A stretch of DNA of 64,000 nucleotides from Octopus vulgaris. Lineage: Eukaryota. Within the stretch, counting starts at the first letter, position 1. Every line of letters starts with the position of its first letter. A program made the position numbers and the translations under genes. Shown piece by piece: positions 49,886 through 64,000 of this stretch. Below the pieces are notes generated by a model. That model did no database searches. It saw only the letters and a program-made list of their open reading frames with translations, and was not told where the DNA came from. The DNA lies in NCBI GenBank assembly GCA_951406725.2, contig OX597819.1, positions 73,904,001 through 73,968,000 on the forward strand, written 5' to 3'.

Positions 49886-52800
49886 GCTTGGCCACCCGAT
49901 TGCCAAAGTGAGACATATGATTTTTTTGTTTTTGTTAAATTCTAGGTCTGCTTTGATCATGCTGGCTTTCCTAAAGTAGATTCCACTTATGGCCATCCCG
50001 TTTTCTTTTTTCAGACAGTTATTTATAGATTGAAAGAAAAGAAGAAAAAGCACACCCAGAATGTGGTAATGAATAATGTGTGCACAGAACTCAAATCTCT
50101 TCATAAATGGACCAACTTTTCTACCCGGGGCTGCAGATTGGTTTTGCCTCACCAGAAACTGGATGAACCGCACAACATATATTCCCATATCCTTCTTCTA
50201 CACATATTTTTCTGGCAAGAACTAAAGTATCCATTACTTTTAACGTGGTCTTGCAGTGCACCCATTCATAATCCCGGGTGGTTCTGTGGCGACACAAATT
50301 TCTATGTTCACCACCCTGCACTACAGTTAGATAATTGTAGACCCTACTCTGTGTTCACCTGTCCTTTTTGGTAGGTCTTGTTTTTTGCTTTTTGTTCTGC
50401 CGGGTCTCTAGTAAAATTCCTCAGCAGGCTATCCAGGTGGAGGTGGTGGTTTCATCGCCGATGACCAATCGACAGGTCGTAATCTGCATCAGTTGCACAT
50501 CTTCAGGCGTAGAGGGCCGTTCAGGTTTCTATGTTCAAACATTTTGTCTTACAATTATGTCGACCCAAATCAGCCTAAATCTACCGTATCTCTTCCTTTT
50601 TATCTTTTCTACCGGTAAGGGGAAATCCTCTTACTCAATAATTTAGCGTTATTTTGATAGGAATATATAACGCGTGAAGATGAATCAAGCAACTTCTACT
50701 CAACATAGCCGTGTGATCTGATGTAAGCACCCACAAAATATATAAAAATTGTCTCGAGTTCTCTGATCTCTTGTCTCTGGGATCTCTGGTCGTATTTTAT
50801 GCTGTGTATCACGTTGGGATGGCTAAGGATCAGTTTCTAATATGTTTCATCTCATCATGGCACATTGCCACCAGTTTTGTGTGTAGCATTCAGAATTCGA
50901 TCATCGTTTAACACACACGTGTGAAATTTGACTGGCAACTGTTAGTGCTGTCTCTACGGTTGTTTTCGGAGTAAGAGGCGGAAAGAAAGAGAGTTTGCTA
51001 AGAAATTGAAGAGATGGAGAAATTTACTCAAGGGGAGAGACGCTCAGGGCTTTTTTTTGCTTTATTATAATGCGATGTCATTTTCCTATGAATGAGAGAA
51101 CGTATGAAAGAGTATTTCCATATAATTTATTTTTTATTCATTTTGGATGTCCTTAGTAGCTGCAGATAATGTTATTTCGTTCTTATTGGAGCTTATCAAT
51201 GCAACGCAATTTGGGATTATGAAACTAGATGAACTGAGTTAGGAATGGAATTCGGTCAAAAGAAATGTCAATATGTATTTGTTGAACGCGAGTAAACTAC
51301 TTTCAAACAAAACACATTCACATTAATGGTCTTTCTCCTCTACACAGAATATATGTTACACATTCCTATGTATTAACAAAAATGTTTCACTGAAGGGACT
51401 TAAGAAATATGACATCCTCTTATTAAAATAATGTTATATTATATTGTATTACACATCATAATATATTGAATTATAATTAAACTATGTCATAGCGAATTTC
51501 TAGTACCGGTAATAGTGCTAACATTTTATGTTTTATTGTACTATAAAGGAAATCCGTTTCGTTCATAAAACCAACGATATCCTAACATGAAGTAGACGTT
51601 TCCGCCGAAATAATGAAATTTATCTCTAAATATAAAAACATTTTACTGTCTCTAAGTATTATGTGTATTCCTCAAATAATATCTGCTAGCCATTACCGGC
51701 CCAAAACAAAACAAAACAAAAAACCCAAATATATTTACTTGATGTGGTTCAAAAAGAAGGTTGCTATCAGCGTAGATGTGAAGAGTGGACTACTCATGAA
51801 TCACTAAATTTCTGAAGATGCCACACGCGACCACAAAAATTCCGGACAAATATGATTCAACATCGGTAAACCAACAAAATATAACGAATTGATTGTTTCC
51901 TGGAAACTTGAGAAACACTAAGAGGTAAAATCCCTAAAGGACGACTCATAATCATTACGTCAAAATTTGAAGGGCCATACTCTTGTCATCTAATTGCAAG
52001 AGATATGGACTAATAACCTAATTAATAAAACCGACATGGAAAACCCTATTCTCTAAATTGCGATAAAAATCTCGGTTAAATGTCACGTGTCTGGAAAACA
52101 TTAGGACTGTGAGAGTAACTGTTAAAAAAAAGTAATTAAGGTGGCGGCAAGGAGCGGAATACTTTGTGTATGGCAGGCGCAGGCGTATCTGTGTAGTAGG
52201 AAATTTGCTTCCCAACAACACAGCTCCGAGTTCAGTCCTACTGCGAGGCACCTTGGGCAAGTGTCTTCTACTATAGTCACGGACCGAATAAAGCCTTGTG
52301 AGTGGATTTGGTAGACGGAAACTGAAAGAAGCCCGTCGTATGTGTGTGTGTATGTGTATATGTATGCGTGAGTGTGAGTGTGTGTGTCTTTCTGTGTTAG
52401 TGTTTGTTCCTCACCACTGCTTGATAACCGGTGTTGGTGAGTTTGCGTTCTCGTAACTTAGCAGTTCGGCAAAAGAGTTCGATAGAATAAGTGGTAGGCT
52501 TAAGATGAAAAAGTACTGGGATCAATTCATTCTTTAAGGTGGTGCTCTTTCATGGTTGTAGTTTAAAGACTGAAACATGTAAAAGATAAAAGGCACAAAA
52601 TGAAGATTTAAATGGTTGAGTATTCCATAGAAATTGGTATATCTTTAACGTAATTCTCAGGTAGAATCAGGGACACAGCGTTACAAACTTGTACATTTTG
52701 TATTACAGGTTGCCACTACTGTTTCTCTCTGTCCAGTTTTATCCACAAAGTATGGACCAGGCTGAGAGTACAAAAACTGTATTTGACCAAAATGTCGCGC

Positions 52801-54485
52801 AGTGAGATCAATACTTCACGGTTGCGAAGCGAACTTCCAAACCATTCAGCCACATTGCACATGATAAATTCAGTCAACTAAGAAATAGAGGGTCTGTTTT
52901 AAGTAACAATAAAATATGTCATTTGACGTTAGAAGGAGTTTAGAACAGACTACCAGATAATTACACTCTGTTTGCATACGTTTGGCAGGAGCCAAAAGCT
53001 TCTCATATTCTCTCTTCGTCTGATTCTTTAACACAACATATTTATTGAAAAATAATTATTAGCGTCAGAAGCAGTGTTAGTACCAAAAAGCAATCTTCAT
53101 GTTCAACTTAACGCGGATGTTTTGTTATATTGCTGAATATTGCGATGTTCGCCTTTAGAGGTCTTCTCATATGGACACATGATACTTAAAATCACACTTA
53201 TTTATACTGTTGGTAGGCCATAATCGTCTGCTACGGGTGTCGGAACTGCCAGATCACATGATTTCGACGTATTATTTTTCTTCAGTGACAGCTGTCCGTT
53301 CGCTGTATACCAGCCAAATCTCACTGCCAATGATATATAGAATTGTAGTGTTGTAGAAATATTGGACAAAGCTGTAACAATAAGAGGATAAGCCAGAGGT
53401 GATGAAAGGAACTTGAGCCGAAATCAGTTCTTCATTAAATGTTTATTGTTACTTTAGAAAGAGATAACAAACGTGATGGTTAGGTAGAGTAAAATAGAAA
53501 GGAAAGAAAGACAGCGTTCCTTTCACAATATCTTGAAGGTCTATGTTTGTGTGTGTGTGTTGTGTGGGTTTAGATAGAGAGGAATTCCGCTGTGTGGTGA
53601 GGAATGTTGATATATCGAAGCGGTTAGCTTGTGTTGACTTGCATAATTTGCCGACAGTCAGGTTGTAGAAGCAGAATCAGGTGAAAGTATGGCGGTGATT
53701 CGATTCCACGGATACACAAGATTTTTTTCTGTAAACTGCTTTTAACATTTTCTTATTATTATCAAAGAATGTATATACGTATTGTAATTTTTTGTGCCTA
53801 ATATTTTAATGAACTTTTTAATATTTTCCCAAGATTTTTCCTTGTAAACTGTTTTTAACATGTTCTTATTATTATCAAAGAATGTATATATGTATTGTAA
53901 TATTTCGTGACAACTAGTACTTAACACAACAAAGCTTTTACATGTTACTTTTGACAATCTTTTCCTAAAAAAAGTGAAACCGGTCAAGTGAATAAACATC
54001 TTTTAAAATTGCATTTTCAAACCTTCTTTCATATATAATTCCACTCGTGCGGTACCTTACAACTTCCCTTTGTTATATATATATATTGGTTTCAAATTTT
54101 GGCAGAAGACTAACAATGTTGAGGAGGGAGTAAATTGATTACATCGACCCCAGTGTTTAAATGGTACTTATTTTATCGACCTTGAAAGGGTGAAAGGTAA
54201 AGCTGACTTCCGCGGAATTTGAACTCAGAACGTGAAAACGGACGAAAAGCCGGTAAGCATTTTGTCCGGCGTGCTAACGATTCTGCCAGCTCACCTTACA
54301 TACACACACTGCTGTGTGGTGACGAATGTTGATATATCGAAGCGGTTAGCTTGTGTTGACCTGCATAATTTGCCGATAGTCAGGTTGTAGAAGCAGAATC
54401 AGGTGAAAGTATGGCGGTGATTATATAAATATAAATAAATAAATATATATGTGTATATGTGTGTATGATACACACACAGACACAC

Positions 54486-54547
<62 letters not shown>

Positions 54548-54738
54548 ATCTCTGAACGAGGTATGAACGTGTGTATCATGTCAGGTTGAAAATGGGAAGG
54601 ATGGCTTTCCTTTGCAAATACTGATAAGGCACAGAAAGTGTGTCAATAGCCAGTTGGAGGAGGTGTCCTCCTGGGGCTACAAGCTGCAGTAGCATCCGCC
54701 CTTAAGGTTAGCCACATTGAAGTGGCAAATATACTTCA

Positions 54739-54785
<47 letters not shown>

Positions 54786-54879
54786 AAGCCATCTGATTTA
54801 GAATTACGTACAGTTAGTGCATGACCAACATTGAGTGCGCCAATGAGAATTATGGAAAGAAGAAATAGAATTAAAGAAA

Positions 54880-56050
54880 CCACTCCACATAAAGGAAATT
54901 GAGAAATTCTGGAAATTCTGGGAGAACATTTTGACAAAACTAAAACAACACAGCGAAGAAATATCTTGGGTTAATAGAGAATATCAAAGACCGAATAAAG
55001 TTGAAGAACGTGAATGGCTACCAGTAGGAGTGCCAAATCTGACCTTCAGTAAAGCACAGAAATGCAAAACATAAAGAATAGAGCAAATAGCAGATTACTG
55101 GTTACATGCACTTCCAGGGGTACATAAGGTCCTACCCGAGGAAATCACTTCATTGTTCAGATGACTAATGAAGCTCTAAAGTGGTTGAGGAAAGGCACCG
55201 TTTACCACCTTCCCAAAAGCAACGGCAACTAAAAAGAATGCAATGAACTATATAGGCCCATTACATGTCTCATCAGATTCTAACCTTGATACTAACAGAG
55301 AAAATGTACACCTTCCTCGAAGAAAATGTGAACATGCTACAATAACGAAGAAAGTGGTGAACGTTACTCCTAGGGTGGTTATGATCAGAGACTGGTCAGC
55401 AGCATGAGCCTTGAAAACTCGCAAAACGAATAAGAATTTGAGCACTGCATAGATCGACTGAAACGAAGTTTTGGACAGTGTTCCACATGGTATTGAAAAA
55501 GAAATATACAAAATCTCTTCACTCATCTCAGGTTTTCACCGACATTGTATGACGAAATAGTTGGCAACTCTTTTCTTAGCCACAACAATGAAGTCATGAA
55601 TCTAACAAAATGGAAATAAACTGTGGAATTTTCCACGGTGACTCCTTATCACCATTCTTCTTCAGTATAGAACTCTTCTCTCTTTCAAATGAACCAAACA
55701 ACATATTGTGTGGATACAAACTTATTAATAACAGCAATAAAAGACTCATCAATCATCTCTTTTTTCTTATGCTCGATTTAAAGTTGTATGCTCGTATTGA
55801 TAAAAAATTAGAAGGCCTTTATCAACGGTAAAGCAGTTATGATTTCGGAGACGATTCTGGTCTCAATAAAAGTGCAAAAGAAACTTTTAAAAGAGCAAGT
55901 TGACATGATCTGGTCAACTTGAAGTAGATACAACCACAAAAGAACAAAATCCAGAAGGAACTTCTAAAATATCTTGGTATTAATGAGGCTAATGCTATTC
56001 AGCACGCACAAATGAAGGAAAATATTCCAAAGGAGTACAACAGAAGAGAA
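54880..56050 (+). pseudogene. Highly decayed R4/Dong-type RT
   Basis: INCGIFHGDSLSPFFF; INHLF..MLDLKLYA; KYLGI. Confidence 0.75.
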
Positions 56051-56917
56051 ATGCTGGTGCTGAAAACTTGATTGAACTCCAGAACCTCGGTGCTGAACAT
56101 GCGAAAAGCTGCTATAAGCATCTACCTTAACCAGTATTTGGAAGTAACGACATCGCCGCCCTTTGGGACTTTCCAGTACACACTGGTCGACCAATTAACG
56201 CCAGATGCTGTTATTAAAGACACCAAAAGCAACTTTTAGATATGATAAATGTACTTGCCAAGGTATATGCGTAATAAATTGGTTATACATCTACAATACA
56301 CAAAACATTTAAACAACTTTTACAATTCTCAATATCTAATTATAAAAATACAATTGGTTTTTTTTAAAGCATTAAATAGCCGTGAGGGTCCAACCGAGTA
56401 AAATGGCAATCAAAAAGGATCTATAGACAAAAAATGGTTGAGGTGATGGTGAATGAAATGTGTAATTTTCTTTTTTGGATTAAGTTTTTTCCTCCATTAC
56501 TTAGTCCGTCTGTAACGCCTTCACGTGATTAGTTGAAGGAAAAGGCGAAGAACGAAAGAAAAAGGCGATAAAAAGAGGGCAAGGCGAAAACTGAGAGAGA
56601 AAGAGGAGAGTGCTGTGTATTAAGCCTATAAATTGTGCATAAAGTATATTAAGTGTATATATAAAGCGCATCAAGTAATCATCGTATTCCAATTTCCTTC
56701 ACTTTTCAATGATTAGCAGACGACTGAGTATCTTTTGATGCACACACAACACAGGCTAGGCTCTCAGGTTTGCTTTTGGATAAAGTTTTCAGAAATAACC
56801 CGATAGGTTTTTACGATCAATTCCGTGAAATATTCACGAGTTCTGCTAGTTTTATTAATTCATTGTAATTTATTGTTTTCGTTTGTTTCTGTTGGTAATA
56901 ATGTTTGTCCTGTGTAA

Positions 56918-57290
56918 AGGCAACGAGCAGGCAAAATCGTTAACACGCCGGGCAAAATGCTTAGCGGTATTTCGTCTGCCGCTACGTTCTGAGTTCAAAT
57001 TCCGTCGAGGTCGACTTTGCCTTTCATCCTTTCGGGGTCGATTAAATAAGTACCAGTTACGCACTGGGGTCGATTTAATCGACTTAATCCATTTGCCTGT
57101 CGTTGTTTGTCCTCTCTGTGTTTAGCCCCTTGTGGGTAGTAAAGAAATAGGTATTTCGTCTGTCTTTGCGTTCTGAGTTCAAATTTCGCCGAGGTTGACT
57201 TTACTTTTCATTCTTTCGAGGTCGATAAAAGGAATACCAGTTGATTATTGGTGGCGATGTAATCGATTTACCCCTTATCCTGTGCAAAAT
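56918..57290 (+). mobile_element. SINE family B dimer
   Basis: Full copy joined via aaagaaatag|gtatttcgtc to a second unit. Further clusters at 43350-43740(-), 54100-54295(-), 58780-59190(-), 59630-60065(+), 63830-64000(-). Confidence 0.85.
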
Positions 57291-58652
57291 TTTGAAACCG
57301 ATAATGTTTACTCTGTGTCACTCATTCGTCTGTCGCTTTTTTGTTTGTTTGTTTGTTTGTTTCTTTCTTTTGTTAATCATTATGAATCATTGAGTGCAAG
57401 AGGATGTTTATTATTGAATTAGTGACCCTATTAAAGGTGATTGCTATGAACACAATGCTTATTTTAATAAACTCAATATCGATCTTTATATGTCCCGCGA
57501 GTATTTCCAAACTTCATCGAAACAATATTTCGAAATTCGATCTTCAGCGGAAGCGAGCTGTCTTCAATTTCGCCACAGTTATCCCCAGAAAACCAGAATT
57601 GTCATAACATCAGAATTTCTTGTTGACCCAAATGTCGGGCTTAGCGTTTAGTTGTGAGACAACAAATTGCAAATTACACGAAACCTATTAACTTTACTTG
57701 GAATTCAAAAGTTTCTCCAGTTTTTTTATGACCTGATATGGTAACCGCGAAACAAAACCATATCACTGTTTGCTTTTCCCAAGTTATCTGTCTACAAATT
57801 ATACAACTTTAATTGACGTTCCTCATATTGGTCTTACTAACAGATTATTAGTGCACTAATGATAATGAAAGCTTTTATTTCGACGGGGAACAGAAATCAG
57901 AACAGAAAATTGTTGCAATTTATAATTAGGTGGCTGAAAATAGCATATAATTAACATACATTGTTTGAATGTTAGCTGTAATGAATAAACATTGTAAATT
58001 TGTTTTCGTCACTCTGAGTAATATCAAAGAACATGATATCTCTTATATTTTATCTTTCACTTGTTTCAGTCATTATACTGTGACCATGCTGGGGCAATAC
58101 CGTGAAGAATTTCAGTTCAACGACACCAGTACTTGTTTTTTTTATTTTTTAAACCAAGTGGTTACTGTATCGGTCTCTTTTGCCGAACTGCTATGTTACA
58201 GGGACGTAAACACACCAACGCGCCGGTTGTCAAGTGGTGAAGGGCACAACCACAGATACAAAGACACACACATACACACACACACAAACACACACGCACA
58301 CAAACACACACACAGATATACAAGATGGGCTTCTGGTATCTATTCCCCATTCCTTTGTTAGTTAGCAGTGGCTGATTGTCGGCTGGGCATACTCTGTTCA
58401 CAGTGGCACACATGCCAGGCGTGACACATTCACCATTGTTGGTTCCAGTTGTCATTCAAGATTAGAAAGCTTCTACTACCCATGAGAAATATACTAGTTA
58501 ACCCATAGCTGGGGCCCTGACGGGTCCTACTATTCCGGGCCAAAGTAGACCTGGGAATAGTTGTGGGTCAAAGGTGGTTCTACACATCTGGAAACCCTGG
58601 AACTACCGAACCAGGACCCCACAACTGGATGCAGTTTAAAGACATGCGCAGG

Positions 58653-58722
<70 letters not shown>

Positions 58723-59224
58723 GCCATCACCAAACTTCTCAGAGTTCTCAATTTCACTTACTCTGACTAACTCTTTCTACTTTCGGCTTAAGGCCCGAAA
58801 TTTTGGGGGAGGGGGCCAGTCGATTAGATCGACACCAGTACGAAACTGGTAATTAATTCATCGACCCCGAAATGATGAAAGGCAAAGTTGACATCAGCGG
58901 AATTTGAACTCAGGCGGACGAAATACCGTTAAGCATTTCGTCCGGCGTGCTAACATTTCTTATTTCTTTATTGCCCGCAAGGAGCTAAACATAGAGGGGA
59001 CAAACAAGGACAGACAAACGGATTAAGTCGATTAAATCGACCCCAGTGCGTAACTGGTACTTATTTAATCGACCCCGAAAGGATGAAAGGCAAAGTCAAC
59101 CTCGGCGGAATTTGAACTCAGAAAGTAGCGGCAGACAACATACCGCTAAGCATTTCGTCCGGCGCGCTAACGTTTCTGCCAGCTCGCCGCCTTTTGTTCT
59201 GGTTAATTCTGTTAGAGCAGACAA

Positions 59225-59628
59225 TAATCTTGTCTCAGACTCTCTTTCCACGATACTTAACACCCAAGTACCAATCTCAAAATCCTTGCTGTCCCCAATA
59301 AAACAATTTTCTGAGCATGTTCTATCCTCATGCCAAACCCAGTTTCTCCAACAAATTTCTCAAACCTGGCCCTTATTAATGCTCCCGATGACCCCTCAAC
59401 TGCTACAATGACAGTTACTCTCTTCATTGTCCACATTCGTATAGTCTCATCTTTTCCAGTTCTTTGTTATTCATTCTTACACCTCCAGATATGGCAATAT
59501 CTATGAATTTGGTTTCCTTCATCACTTTGTCAACTACAACAATGTCTGTTCCTCGAGCATCAACCACAGGATCACACAGGATTGTAAAATCCTACAACAT
59601 CTTGTTCTCTATATTCTCGGTGACGCCT
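59225..59628 (-). pseudogene. R4-type RLE fragment
   Basis: KML*DFTILCD..TDIVVVDKVMKETKFIDIAI. Confidence 0.6.
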
Positions 59629-60599
59629 TAGGCGGCGAGCTGGCAGAAACGTTAGCACGCCGGGCGAAATGCTTAACGTTGTTTCGTCTGTCTTTACGTT
59701 CTAAGTTCAAAGTACGCCGAGGTTGACTCTACCATTCATAATTTCGGGGTCGATAAATTAAGTACCAGTTATGTACTGGGATCGATCTAATCGACTGGCC
59801 CCCTCCCCAAAATTTCGAACCTTTTGTCTAGAGTAGAAAAGAATATCTAAGGATTTAAAGGCAGCGAGCCGGCAGAAACGTTGGCACGCAGGGCGAAATG
59901 CTTAACGGTGTTTCGTCTGTCTACGTTCTGAGTTCAAATTCTTTCGAGGTCGACTTTGCCTTTCCTCCTTTCGGGGTCTATAAATTAAGTACCAGTTGCG
60001 TACTAGGGTCGATCTAGTCGAGTGGCCCCCACCCCCAAAATTCGGGCCTTGTGTCTAGAGTAGAAAAAAAAAGTATTCCCTGTGACGCCTCCTGATTTAT
60101 GCTCCTACCTTTCAAGATCCTACTTCTCACACAATATCCAATGAACATACCTACCTACGTTATGTTGCCTTCTTTTCTGTTTCTTTTGAGCTACTTTGCT
60201 AATCCAACTTGTTTACACATCTACAATAACAACAACAACAACAACAAAACTCAAACACAAAGTAAAGAAAGTAGCATTACAAGCTACATGGTGATAAACA
60301 CACACACACAAAAAATAACGCGAACTCATGTAGTACATAAAAACAGACACAAACATCTCACAAACAGATTTCACAACACTCACAACCCCGATACCTACAC
60401 ACGTACAAATCATTCCAGCAACACAAGACCTAAAATACACACGCTAAAAACTAAATTCGCAATGGAAATCGGTGAATATTTAGTGATCTGTTGGTGAAAA
60501 CATCCTAATCAAACCGGAGGGACGGACAAACTGCCCCTCCACACAAAACCAAGTAAGTTTTCCTTCTAATTTTTCTTATCTCAATAACCTAGTTCTTGC

Positions 60600-61075
60600 T
60601 CAGAATAGGCAGTGTGAATGCAAGTGGCTTGGGGTCGTCTTGGAAGCAATGTCAGCAGTTCAACGGCCTCAGGTTACCGAACATCGATGTGGTTGCCATC
60701 AGCGAGGCCAGAATGTCCGAGCCATGAGACTTCAAAGCCATTTTCGAAGAGTATGAAGTGTACGCATCTCGAAGTCGCCCGGAAGCAGGAGGCAGGGTCC
60801 CCGTGTTGTTTCGGAAGGACCTGGATCTCACGATACGGATCATCTTCCTAGAATCGGAAGGTAAGTGACGATGCTGGGCATAATCAGTGATGAAGGACAC
60901 GCTTTTAATCTAGTTACCGTCTATGTCTCAACGGGATAAGGACGACTAGATTGCTTCAGGTGCCTGGAAGTTTTCTGGGAATATCCCACTCATTAGTGTT
61001 AATGAACTACTGGAACGGGATGTTAGATGCGCGCTGGTACTGTATGGACTAGTAAACAAGGGAGGAGGGTGCGTC
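60600..61075 (+). pseudogene. Tx1/L1 APE endonuclease N-terminal fragment
   Basis: RIGSVNASGL..IDVVAISEARM..GGRVPVLFRKDLDL..FNLVTVY. Confidence 0.7.
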
Positions 61076-62143
61076 AAGACACCGGTAATAAGCTTCCACA
61101 TAAGTGGTAAACAGGTTATAGTTTGAAAATTTGATGCCAAGGGGTCCTTGAAGCATAGCAGCGTTCGTCCACTCGTCATCCTGGCAGGGACGTGACCTTG
61201 CTATAGGCAGTAATCCAGTTGCGCAGCGATCCTTTCATGCAACTGTGCAGATCTCTTCAGCTAAAAGCCTTGTACTCCAGTTGGGAATGGTCCTTACCAA
61301 TTTGCTATTTTTTAAACTTCTGTCTCACTGTTTATATATTAATTCTGACGTCCTTTTGTCTGGGTACAGTTCTGTTCGAAATCGTTGTATCTAGCATATC
61401 TTTTCAATTTGGCTTTTAATGCTGTCACCTTTCGTGTCAATTCTTCATGCACCGTTTGTTTCCCCCCTTTCTTCTAACCTGTACAGTCAATTCAATTTTC
61501 TGATTACTACCTTATCCTTGAGCTCTTCTCTAATTATCCTATTCAATTCCTATTCGTATTCTCTTCCTTCAGTTTGGTTCTTTCTTTTAATTTGCTTTTT
61601 ATATCTTTAGTTTTTCGCGTGTAGCCTACCATGTTAGCTACGACATTAGCAACAGCTATGATTTGCTGGCTTGTTTCACCGATGTTTTCTGTTTTGATTA
61701 AACTTAAAAGTCATTTACTTTGCCTGTGGCTCTCCTCACATATTTTCTATCCATATATCTTATCTTTAGTGGTACTTCATTGTTCCCATCAGACACTTTA
61801 CCTCGCAACATTTCTAAAATCTTGTGCAGTACTTATTGTCACTTGTCCATCTAAATCGTCTTCATTGGTGATTTTATCAGTATTCTCTGGTACTTTGTGG
61901 TTTCCATTTGTTTCCTATTCTTCATCACTTACCCCCTCATTACCGTTTTCTGCTACTGTTATTTCATTCTCCTTCTGGTCTTTTTTTTTTAAAGTTTCTC
62001 TGAATTTCTTCAATCTCTACTCCTGTAATCCAGTCATTCCTACAGATTACTCTTGCTGGACGGATTCTTCAAAACCTCCTTTTTCATCCTATATTCTTTT
62101 CACTCGATTCATGAAACCTCTTTATATTTTAATCAGTGTCTCA

Positions 62144-62184
<41 letters not shown>

Positions 62185-62244
62185 GTCCATTCATAGTAAA
62201 CAAATATCAAGATGAAACTTCGTTTGTTATTTACTTTTTATTTT

Positions 62245-63480
62245 TCATATGGTCCAGTCTGTGCGGATTTTCTCCAATGATATTAAGATGGAGTTTGGAC
62301 TCTCAAAATGTGCTACGATGGTGATGAGTCTAGGAAAGCTTGCCAGGACGGAAGGCATATGGTTAACAAGTGGTGAAATGATGAAAGAAATTCAACCTCA
62401 ATCCAGCTATAAATACCTGGGAATACTTGAGGCAGATGGAATCAAACAGTAAGACATGAAAGAAAAGACAAAATGAGAGTACCTGCGGCGAGTGAGAAAA
62501 ATATTGGTTTCAAAGCTGAACACCAGGAACAGAATTTCGGCAATAAACTCGCGTGCAGTCGCAGTATTTCGCTATTTCATCGGAATCCTGAAGTGGAAAG
62601 AAAAGCAGCTAAAGGAGATGGGCAGGAAATCAAGAAAGCTCCTAATGATGCATGGAGCCCATCATCCACGTGCAGACACTGATCGCCTATACATGAAGAA
62701 AGCAAATGGAAGAAGGGGACTGATAAGTGTGGAAGACTGCGTGCGTATCGAACACAAGAGCTTAACGGGATACCTAGCCCAAAATAAGGAATACATGAAG
62801 GCTCATAAGTAGAAATCCCTGGTAAACACGAAAAGTTAGTTCAGCTATTCAATGAGATTATGAGAGATCCCCCCAAAACATCTGGTTGGTTAGCAAGTGG
62901 TATTACTTACATACTCCCATAGAATAATGAAACCAAATTAAAAACAAAACAAAACAATAAACTATAGGCTCATAACCTGTCTATCTACCACGTATAAAAT
63001 TTTAACATCCATCCTCATGGAGAAAACATGCGCATTTATGGAACAGAAGGATACTTTCCCCACTGATCAAAAAGGGTGCCGAAAAATCTCATATGGATGC
63101 CAAAATAAACACCTTATCAATTGCATGATCCTTAAGAATCGTAAAATCAAACGCAGAAATTTCAGTTCTGCATAGATTGATTATAAAAAGGCCTTTGACA
63201 GCAAACAACATTCAGTCTGTTTATTGATTGACATGAGCATACCTTGTGATCATAATATCTCGGCAAAAGAGAAGATATAAAGCTCGGAAGATATAAAGAT
63301 TTGCTGATCGAAATCGAAAGAATGTGGCATCTCAAGTCAGTTGCAATACTAGAGATTGTAGAAGCACTTGGAATGATAAAAAAAGGAACGGAAAATTATT
63401 TGAGGATGACTCCTGGCTTACCATCCATGCAAGAAGTGCAAAAAATTGCCTTCAATAGATGTCACACGTATTGAGAAGAG
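62245..63480 (+). pseudogene. Scrambled R4/Dong-type LINE fragments
   Basis: FSNDIKMEFGLSKCA; YKYLGILEAD; HHPRADTDRLYM..GRRGL; DQKGCRK..GC; IDYKKAFDS. A related minus-strand piece lies at about 61080-61700. Confidence 0.8.
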
Positions 63481-63578
63481 CATTGGCGCTGTGAATTTTC
63501 TATCCTCCCACTTTATTTTCTGTTTTCTTTTTTCATTTATTTCCTATTTTTTCTTTACTTTTTCTTTCTTTTTTCATT

Positions 63579-63656
<78 letters not shown>

Positions 63657-64000
63657 CCTTTTGTATCATATGGCTTTGCAAAAGAACAATCTGGTGTGTT
63701 TATTCTAATGGCCTAGTAACCTATTCAATGAGTTTCTTTGTGCTAGGTGTCGGGAAGACACTCGGCAAGAAATGGAAGCAAAAATTGAAAGACGAGGCAA
63801 ATAATTGTGGTAATAATCCTTTCTACTAAAGACACAAAGCCTGAAATTTGTGGGGAGGAGACCAATCAATTACATCCACCCCAGTACTCAGCGGTACTTA
63901 TTTTATCAAACCCGAACGGGTGAAAGGCACAGTCGACCGCGGTGGCATTTGAACCCAGAACGTAAGGACGGACGAAATGCCGCTAAGCATTTTATTCGGC

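Noticed and set aside
53395-53435. HHR-like GUGAUGA...GAAAUCAGUU
   Set aside because: Core mismatch and weak stems; could be chance.

Overview
AT-rich, microsatellite-saturated metazoan non-coding DNA. The SINE/LINE repertoire suggests a coleoid cephalopod, probably Octopus (inference). No intact host gene is evident, and most ORF-track entries are microsatellite translations. Recognisable transposon relics: a near-intact 5'-truncated CR1-group LINE (17.2-19.85 kb), a decayed full-length mariner, RTE, Tx1/L1, R4/Dong-type and HERO-type LINE fragments, Helitron pieces, hAT- and piggyBac-like MITEs, and at least four tRNA-derived SINE families. The standout signal is about 19 type I hammerhead ribozyme (HHR) folds, intact or degenerate, from roughly ten unrelated sequence families. 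Almost all lie next to (TA)n tracts, many sit in long inverted repeats whose 3' ends always point outward, and nearly all have a self-complementary stem III. One is attached to a Naiad-like Penelope GIY-YIG endonuclease relic, linking the set to Penelope-like retroelements (PLEs). All folds and alignments were read by eye, so coordinates may be off by a few bases.
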